64,000 nt of DNA from Octopus vulgaris (Eukaryota), in NCBI GenBank assembly GCA_951406725.2, contig OX597826.1, positions 44,826,001 to 44,890,000 on the forward strand. Direction: 5' to 3'. The notes under the pieces are model-generated. The model had not been told where the DNA came from. It did no database searches and was given only the letters and a program-made list of their open reading frames with translations. This document shows positions 54,753 through 64,000 of the stretch, piece after piece (positions within the stretch are counted from its first letter, which is position 1; each line of letters opens with the position of its first letter). The translations under genes and the position numbers were made by a program.

Positions 54753-56527
54753 TAAGGCCTTGGACATGCATATGGCCGTGTGTTTAAGAAGTTTGCATCG
54801 TAGTTGTACGACTTCGGATCGACTCTACAATGCGGTACATTGAGCAAGTACTTTCCCTCACTTTCGAGTTGCCTCAAGCCATGTGAGGGATATTATGCAG
54901 TTGGTAAGTGTTAAAAGCTTGTCAAAGATACTCTACCAGTTCTGAAGCGGTGCATTTAAATCGTTACGACGTTCAATACCGTTATGTGATCTTTCGCAGT
55001 TTGACTCTGTTGTCAGTATTTGGACCATACCTGGTCTAAAAGTAAATAGATAAGAGGCTACTGTTTGCAACAGGAACCCATGGATGTTTTTTTGTTTCTC
55101 TTTATTTCATACTAATCTTGAAGATTCAACAAAAAGATCCATCGATGTTAATTTTGTTCCGCTGACCTGGCCGTCAGACTTGTTCCCATGAATCACTGCA
55201 TCTAATTTAGGCACAAATTAGCAATTGTGAGTGGGAGAGTTGAGCCGATACCATCGATTCAGTAATATGACTGTAACTTTATTTTATCAACTCCCAGACA
55301 GATGAGAGCTGAAGGCCATCCTGCCTGATAGGATTTGAACACAGACCGTAAAAGGTCGAGAGAAACACCGCCAAGAATTTATTCGGAAGCTCTAATGACT
55401 CTGCCAGCTCAGTACACATCTTATTTGTGCTGAAAATGTATGACTAAACCCAAATCTATAAATGATAAAGTCTTCTACGTTTTGCATATGACGCTACTTA
55501 TAGACATTCATATCACGATAAACACCAGTCATTGTTAATTATTTTAGTTGTTAATAATGTGCTTATAAGGAGCAGTTTCGATATGTACATCATCATTGGA
55601 TTGTCAAAGTAATTTGAATAATATTATGCCAATTATTGTAACATTTGAATTCTTCAATATTTGCAGTAACGGAGAAGGAAAATGGGAGACGTGGAGTTTC
55701 AGAAGATTCTACATTTAGAGAAGATAGATATTGCACTAAAGTCTTTAAAGCGAAGGACAGAAGATGCAATGTAGCAGAGATGAGGTCAGATTTTCCAGCT
55801 TGCGAGAAGCACACTTCTTCTGGCCTCCAAGGCGGTTGCTACAGTATGGGAGAAAGAACTGCGTATGATATAAATAGACTAGCAAGACAATTTTGGCCAT
55901 ATATTCCTACTGGATACTGAAAATCCTGGCTATTAGTACAATAGCATCAACAACATGTATATATATACTCAACGTATCTTGAATAACATGGAAACGAATT
56001 CGGCAGATGCACACAAAGAAATGGAAATATTGACACCAGCCTCCTCCTCAGACGCTTTACGCTTTTTCTGATGCTAACAAATTTAATTGATTATTTTAAA
56101 CATTTGGGTTCGTTTATAAATGCTATGGTAGAACAATCAACCACCTTTTGTTTTGGGACTGCTTCAAGTTATAAACTGAAAAAGATAAACAACTGGAAAC
56201 ATATCAGTAGATATTTCACAGATTTACGAAAGAAATTAATAAAAAATTCTGGTTGGGAAAATGCATCAAGGCAATCTTGAGGGTAGGAAAATTACCAAAG
56301 AAGGTTAATAGCATAAAGATTAAGAAACAAATATGAGATAATTAAATACATCTAATCCTAATATTGAAATTCTTTGAAATCAATGCATCAGATAATGTTC
56401 GACTCACACTTGAAAAAATAGTTAAGAGAAATAAAAACTGAACTAAATGTACGAAATAAAGTAATAAGTATTAATATCTCAGCTACCAGGGGAATAATTT
56501 ATGGTTGTAATATTTTAACTTAATATA

Positions 56528-57212
56528 AAGCAAAGAGCTGGCAGAATGATTAACACGCCGGGTAAAATACTTAGCGGAATTCCGTCCGTTTTTCTATTCT
56601 GATTTCAAATTCCACTGTGGTCGATTTTGCTTCTTTTCCTTTCTGCGTCGATAAGATAAGAACCCGTTGGATACTATGTTTGATGTAATCGACTTGCCTT
56701 CTTAACCACGATTGTCGGCATTGAACCAAAATTTGAAACCAATATAAAGCAACGAGCTAGCAGAATGATTAACACGCCGGGTAAAATGCTTAACGGAATT
56801 TTGTCCGTCTTTGTATTCTGTTTTCAAAGGTGGCGAGCTGGCAGAATCGTTAGCACGCCGGGCGAAATGCATAGCCGTATTTCGTCTGCCGTTACGTTCT
56901 GAGTTCAAATTCCATCGAGGTCGACTTTGCCTTTCATCCTTTCGGGGTCGATAAATTAAGTACCAGTTACGCACTGGAGTCGTTGTAATTGACTTAATCC
57001 GTTTGTCTGTCCTTGTTTGTCCCCTCTATGTTTATCCCCTTGTGGGTAATAAAGAAACATATATTCTGATTTCAAATTCCACTGTGGCCAACTTTGCTTC
57101 TTATCCTTTATGCGTCGATAAAATAAGAACCAGTTGCATAGTGTGATTAATGTAATCGACTTACCTTCTTAACCACAATCGTCGGCCTTGTGCCAAAATT
57201 TGAAACCAATAT
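56528..57212 (+). mobile_element. Tandem pair of older C-like SINEs; second copy interrupted by a younger SINE C (56829-57061)
   Basis: TSD TATTCTG(T/A)TTTCAAA at 56814-56828 and 57062-57076; two GAGCT.GCAGAATGATTAACACGCCGGGTAAAAT heads. Confidence 0.85.
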
Positions 57213-57679
57213 TTTAACTGAATATTAAACGAATTAGCATCACTCGACAAAAGAAAAAGAAAAGAAAAATAACGACTGAATTTAGAATATACCATCTAAA
57301 GAATCTAACGTAGAACGATAATATTTATTTCGAATACATGAATGAAAGGACCTTCTCTAATTAGAAAAACTATTACAAAATATTCACTGTAGCAATACAA
57401 AATATCTGCTGAAGAATAATGGAAAACCAATGCAATTAGCGACTCAAAATGAACAAAGTAAAGCAAATTTCTTTTTCTTCAAGCCAGCCAACAAATAAAT
57501 TCAAAGTAGATGCTAAAATGACAATCATTAGGAAAATGTGAAAAACCGAAAAGCTAAGCCAAAATTAGGGCTACAGAATGCCATACTAAAGTGATAACAT
57601 GAAAAGCTTCTGCTTGGTTAAATAAGGAAACAAAAAAAATACTGAACAGGTTGGAAGTAGACAAAAATAAATTCGCAAC

Positions 57680-58230
57680 ACTTGTTTGAGAGCGCAGGTT
57701 TCAAAGCTGTCACTTAACTATTCGTCATGGCGGCACAGAATTAAAGGCATTCCTACCGGAAGTCACTAAAAGCATGTGATAAAAGAGATTACGTTAAGTG
57801 ATTGATGAATATATGGAGGTGGCTAAGAAGCTATGAGTCATAGTGCATTTGGCAGCGCAGTCTTAGCCAAATAAGAATACAACTACACGCCCGGCAGAAT
57901 TGGTGCAGTGATATAGTGCACGTTATAGCAGCATTGTGAAATACAAGCAGGAAAGTGAGTGGTGTGTACATACACCATAACACTTGCTACAGAATGAGAA
58001 AGCAGCAATGGCGTCGGATATACCAGTTCACACAAACGGGGAAATCAAGGCTAATGGACCAGATATTGCTGTCAAAATCTACTGTAAAAAGAAGTGTCTT
58101 GTATTCGAGGTCTTAGTATATAATCCATCTTAGTATATGATATCTCTAAATGGAATGCTTAAGTAATCCTTATGCAATGAACTGAAGATTAAGATTATCA
58201 GAATGAAGCGGGGTGAAAACGGAAGCAGCG
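57680..58230 (+). mobile_element. Decayed R4/Dong-type LINE C-terminal fragment
   Basis: FVMAAQN, LAK*EY, NEKA...DIPVHTNGEIKANGPDIAVK..KKKCLVFEV; homologous to 61980-62233; followed by (ACA)n. Confidence 0.6.
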
Positions 58231-58694
58231 GCTACAACAACAACAACAACAACAACAATAACAACGATCAAAAATGAATTTTATTTGTTCAAAGCACGAA
58301 GCTTGAAATTTGGTGATAGAAGTTTAGTTGGTTACATCGATCCCAGAGTTCAACAGGTAGTTATTGTACCGTATCCAAAAATATGAAAGGAAAAGTCGAC
58401 CGCGGGGAAATTTAAGCTCAAGACGCAAAGATCTGAAAGAAATGTCTTTAAGCATTTTTTTTCCAGCGCAGTAATGATTCTGCCTGCTCGCAAGATGCAT
58501 TGAAAAATGTCAAAATTTAAGGCAAACGCATAACCAAACGAGGATTTTGAAATATTCACGTCATATAGAAATAGAATACTTTCTATAACCAAAACAATAT
58601 TCTGAACATATCAAAGGCTCACAGACACGTTTTGTAGTGCAGAATAAAACAAGCAACACGACAACAGAAAGAATAACAGCAGCTGCAACTGCAT

Positions 58695-58832
<138 letters not shown>

Positions 58833-59703
58833 TGATGGTGGTCATCAACCTGATGTCGGTGGTGGTGGTGATAAATTTGTTTCTTGTTGCAAACAGAAAG
58901 TTGTATTTCTTGTAGAATGAAGCTGTGTACTTGAGAAATTTCTTTTCCAAAGGCGAGAAAATAACTCAATTAAAATGAACGACAAATTCACCCAGAATAA
59001 ATACAGGTCTTCATAAAACGAGGATAACAAACTTCACACACGTGATTAATACACACTAACACACACACACACACACATGCATAGATGCAGACGTTGCACG
59101 TAGACTCGTACAGACGCTCAACTAGAAACATACGCAATTACTTAGTTTATGTTGTAGAATCATGACCAAGAGAGAAAACTGACAATAATAATCCTACATT
59201 GCAAGGAAGAAAAAAGATAATAAAATACAATAAAATAACGCAGGCGAACTGAAATACAAGATAATAATAATTCTTTAGAATTATTATTTTACTTTTTATT
59301 CTTCTTTATATGAAGAAAGAATTATTATAATTATCTTGTCTTTCAACAAAATAACAATGAAGTTCTTTTTTAATATACGGAGAAGGCCAAGTATTGTAGG
59401 TGAAATTATGGTCGATTAAAATAGCTCACAGTGCTTATTTTATCGAACTCAGAAAAAATAATAGACAAAAGAATTTGAATTAAAACAAAGGAACATATGG
59501 GAATTGTCCCTTATCGTTCACCAGTATGCTATAGAATGGAACCGTCACTTGTAAATAAGAACGAATCCGTAGCTTGTACCGCACATTCGCTAGTTTTACA
59601 TGTCTAAAAGGTAGTTGTGAGCCAACATTGATGCTGCAGCAATCCTCTCACTCTTGACCAGCAGCTGACAAGGGTGTACTTACATTAGTGTGCCCACATT
59701 CCC

Positions 59704-60105
59704 GATTTGTTTCGTCCCAACTTCCAGGAAAATGGATATGTTTCAATGTAATTTTCTACAAAGAAAAAACCTTTCTGATTGTGAAGAATCCAGTTATATC
59801 GGAATTGTCGTGAAAAATTTTTTCGAAGGTCGGGATAACTCAGACGAGCCGACCTTGTTTCCCCCTAACTTCCGGAAAAATAGGTATGTTTAAATGAAAT
59901 TTTCTACAAATACCTTTCTGGTAATGTGGATTCCAATTTTATCGGAATTTGTCGTGAGAATCTTTTCAAGGGTGAAGAGGAAAATTTCGGATAATTCAAA
60001 CGGGTCGATTTTGTTTTCTCATAACTATTAGAAAATGGGTATTTTAATGAAAATTCCAAGAAATGCCTTTTAGATAGTATAGAAGACGATTCTATCCGAA
60101 TTTAA
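59704..60105 (+). repeat. Diverged ~150-bp minisatellite (about 3 units)
   Basis: Recurring TTGTTT...AACTTCC.G.AAAAT.G.TATGTTT.AATG.AATTTTCTACAAA...TATCGGAATT near 59704, 59851 and 60007. Confidence 0.7.
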
Positions 60106-61524
60106 AGGGAAAATAAAATAGGAGGGAGCGCATAGATACATATTGTCACCCCTCACCTTATATTGTTTCAAAATTTTAAGTTTAATTTTGTAGATATCAT
60201 CGTAATTGACATCCACTGAAGGACATTTGAAATGAATTTAATTTGAAAAATAAGCAACGAGGAAACTAAGTCGACAGATACGCTTGTGCAAGTGTACCTT
60301 CGGATGGGACTCATTTTCTACTGAATAGACTGGAGAGACAGAAAATGCAGTTAATTGCTCAATGACAAAATGCTCCGTCCAGATCAGCGATAGGACCTGC
60401 AATCTTGCAATGGTCATACCATCGCAACGCCAACAACCTAGCGACTAGGATACAGCTTCTGATGGAAATAACAGCCATGTTGCTTCTGAAAGATGTGTGA
60501 GTAAATTACTTATTTATGTTTATACGTCTTAATGTTTTGAATACATTTTTTTAAAAATGTGTTTAGAAACAAGACTTCGCTAGGTAGGATTAATTTCTTA
60601 ATATATTCTTGGGGGTTAGTTTGTAGTCCTACACAGCTTGTTTTATAAATCGTGTCCCGTAATACAAGGCCTTTTCCTTCGTTTTCCCACGTAATATGCG
60701 GCAGGTGATACATATCGTTTTGGGGGAAACTAATCTTCTTTTATTTTCCTTTGCTTTTGGTGTAGTTAACCTGTTTACCTCTAACACATTACAATTTGTC
60801 CCATCACAACCACCGAAAGTATACTACTAGCGTTTCCATCGGTTCTATACCATTATTCAGGATCGGCTGAATTGTTCCCTATCTTTGATTCTCGATTATA
60901 TGTACATCTCATCTTATATGTACATCTCATCTTTCACAATCCATTTAATGAATGGCTATTATTATTATTGAGTGAGAGAGCAGTGGATACCATCAAAGTG
61001 ACACTAGGGTAAAATATACGAAGCCCAGTATATCCATCATGACTACCCGTCTGATAAGAGTACACTAGGCACACGCATCACAACCATATGTGCACGACAT
61101 GGTGATCTCATATCAAGATAAACAGCACATGACCTTGCAGGTGAGGCCCAGTTAGAATTTCATTCTGGTCGAGTAACCTATCCCGCTCAAAAGGTCCCTG
61201 AATAAGGGTTGTATAAGGTTGTTGAACGAAACACCCATGTTTCCAGAGGTGAATTATTCAAACCCCAAAGAATCCCGCTCAACACATGGCTACTTCTGCT
61301 TGTGATCAGAGATGCACAAATCGTCAGCCACTAAGGGACATGCTCAACTGGTTATGGTCAAACAATTAACAAGCAAATCTGTGGTATTGAGCAGAATATT
61401 TGCTGTAGCCCATCTTTCATACCAAGACAAAACAATGAACATGATAACACTTCCAATCAGTTAAGCCACGAGAGCCACTGCCTGGTACTGCATCAGGGCA
61501 CATTATTGTTGTTGTTGTTGTTGC

Positions 61525-61611
<87 letters not shown>

Positions 61612-61624
61612 CATTATTATTATT

Positions 61625-62233
61625 CAGTTGTTTTATCTTTATAACGTACTTTCATTTCAATATCGTGCGCAGCTCTGTGTGCTTTGGTTATGTGCTGTGG
61701 TTTGCTGTGATGCTCTTATGGTTACTGTATTGAAAGTGTTTTGCGTAGAATGTGTGCTGTACCCAATAGTGCAATTTTCTGTATGTTGTATATATTTGTA
61801 AGTACTGGTGCTTTATGTTATATATTTGTCTGAATAGTTTTTTCATCATAACTAATGCGCCCACTATGATAGGAATTGCTTCTGTTTTTAGATTCCACAT
61901 TCGAATTACCTCTATTTCCAGGTCTTTGTATTTTGAAAGTTTCTCCATTTCTTTTAGAGAAACGCTGTCATCTGCTGGTACTGATACATCAATTAAAAAG
62001 CATTTTTTCTTCATGATCTCTGGCAACTATATCTGGCCTATTGGCCTTAATTTCTCTATTTGTGTGTATTGACATATCAAAGATTATAGTTGCTTTCTCG
62101 TGTTCTGTGACCATTTCTGACGTGTGCCTATACCATCTTTTTCTATTGTTATTCTATTGTGTTGGCATAGCTTCCAGTGTATGTAGGTCCCAACTCTGTC
62201 GTGTCTGTGAATATATTCCTTCTTAGCCAGGCC
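61625..62233 (-). mobile_element. 5'-truncated R4/Dong-clade LINE (zinc-knuckle end plus restriction-like endonuclease) within (TAA)n
   Basis: LAKKEYIHRHDRVGTYIHWKLC, IKANRPDIV, CFLIDVSVPADDSVSLKEMEKLSKYKDLEIEVIRMW..IPIIVGAL; (TTA)n at 61582-61623 and 62235-62297. Confidence 0.85.
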
Positions 62234-62234
62234 A

Positions 62235-62249
62235 TTATTATCATTATTA

Positions 62250-62338
<89 letters not shown>

Positions 62339-62376
62339 GGTGGTGGTGGTGGTGGTGGTGGTGGTGGTGGTAGTAG

Positions 62377-62437
<61 letters not shown>

Positions 62438-62445
62438 TAGTAGTA
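62235..62445. repeat. (TTA)n(GTA)n(GTG)n microsatellite
   Basis: Directly visible. Confidence 0.95.
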
Positions 62446-62883
62446 GGAAATGAGGTAAAATAATATTTGCTGTCCATTTATCCGTCGATACATTCGGAGT
62501 TTAAATCCCCTCCAGGATCGTTTTACTTCTTATCATTATGAAGTTGCTAAAGTAAATAAGAGCGGCCATGTTTGAGTAACCACGGTAGGCCAAAACAAAC
62601 TCACAATTATAAAGAGAACACACAAAAATAATTTGAAAGTGTACAAACATTTCAGAAATTCTTCAAGCGATTATAATATAAACCAGACCAGAGATACCTG
62701 ATGATGGTCTTGCTGTTGTTGCTGTTGTTGTTGTTGTTGTTGTTGTCGTCGTCGTCGTCGCTGCGTTTGTTATGGCCGTGGTCATGATTGTTCGAGCTGC
62801 TGTTATTCTGCTACACGGCCGGTGATGGTTGCCTCTCATCGTTGCCTGTTTGATAATGTTACTAATAATGACGTCGGCGGCGG

Positions 62884-62922
62884 TGACGACGAAAGACGAC
62901 GACGACGATGACGGCGACGACG

Positions 62923-62954
<32 letters not shown>

Positions 62955-62991
62955 GATGATGAAGATGATGATGATGATGATGATGATGACC

Positions 62992-63022
<31 letters not shown>

Positions 63023-63199
63023 CGACGACGACGATGACGATGATGGCAGCAGCGATCATGATGGTGATGATGATCGTGACGGTGAGAAAACAAGAACGCT
63101 TTACAACCCTATCCTTTTATTAAAAAACCCTCATTCGATTCCGAACTAAAATACTTCAGTCGTGCTTAATTCGTAACAAATGTGCACAGACAACAAGAA

Positions 63200-63264
<65 letters not shown>

Positions 63265-63286
63265 CAATAATAATAATAATAATAAC

Positions 63287-63331
<45 letters not shown>

Positions 63332-63334
63332 CAC

Positions 63335-63371
<37 letters not shown>

Positions 63372-63440
63372 TGCGCTCGGTAAAGTGAAAGCAACACTGA
63401 ATAATAATAATAATAATAATAATAACAACAACAACAGCAA
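62884..63440. repeat. (GAT/GAC)n and (AAT)n microsatellites
   Basis: Directly visible; poly-D and poly-N ORFs are artefacts. Confidence 0.95.
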
Positions 63441-64000
63441 CAACTTTCTTTTCTCATTTTCCGAAATGTAATTGATAAACAGTGATTTCCTAACCAACTG
63501 AAACTGAAGCACGCTAAGGTAACATAATTGCAAATAGAAAGAAGAAAATAACAAAATGCAGAAATTATTTCTGTAATTCAATACTCGTATCATCCTCGTC
63601 TTGTTGCCAACATCTACCAAGGGAGATAATAGTGTTTAATTTACGAAGCTATCTAACTTATTTCCGGTTTGATTTAATTACTTTAAAAAACAAAATTTAG
63701 TTTTAGTCAATAAAATATATGGACGAAATTAGTGATCTCTGGATAAACATTTAATCAAGCAAATATCAACGGTGGCTAAAAAAACAAAACGAAATAAAAA
63801 AAAAAACACCTGTGATGCTCTCTGCGTCAGAAAGAAAAATAGTTAAGCTGGGGCTAACATAGTTAACGTTGTGATGCAAAACTTTCTTTTATTAATTAAA
63901 ATTACACTTCTAATCAAAAAATGAGAATTTATTAGTGTAAATTAGAAAGACTTGTTCTGAGAAGCAAGGGAGATAACTTCGAAATCTAAATAACAAAAGA

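Overview
Very AT-rich, repeat-dominated animal genomic DNA with no recognisable intact host gene; most ORF-track entries are microsatellite translations. The SINE and microsatellite make-up suggests an octopus/coleoid cephalopod (inference, not verified). The window holds decayed CR1-type and R4/Dong-type LINE pieces, a Penelope-like (PLE) GIY-YIG endonuclease fragment, mariner/Tc1 fossils, a hAT MITE, a non-autonomous Helitron and many tRNA-derived SINEs. The main signal is a set of type I hammerhead ribozyme (HHR) motifs. The best is a young, non-coding 360-bp tandem array (30810-32320: about 3.7 direct units plus an inverted partial arm, flanked by (TA)n). Each unit carries an HHR, which is the architecture of a retrozyme/non-autonomous PLE that could yield a 360-nt self-cleaved, possibly circular RNA. 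A diverged sister element (28814-29160) shares a conserved structured domain and the same two termini. About ten more intact or decayed HHRs of other families lie near (TA)n tracts, several in fold-back structures. All structures and alignments were read by eye.
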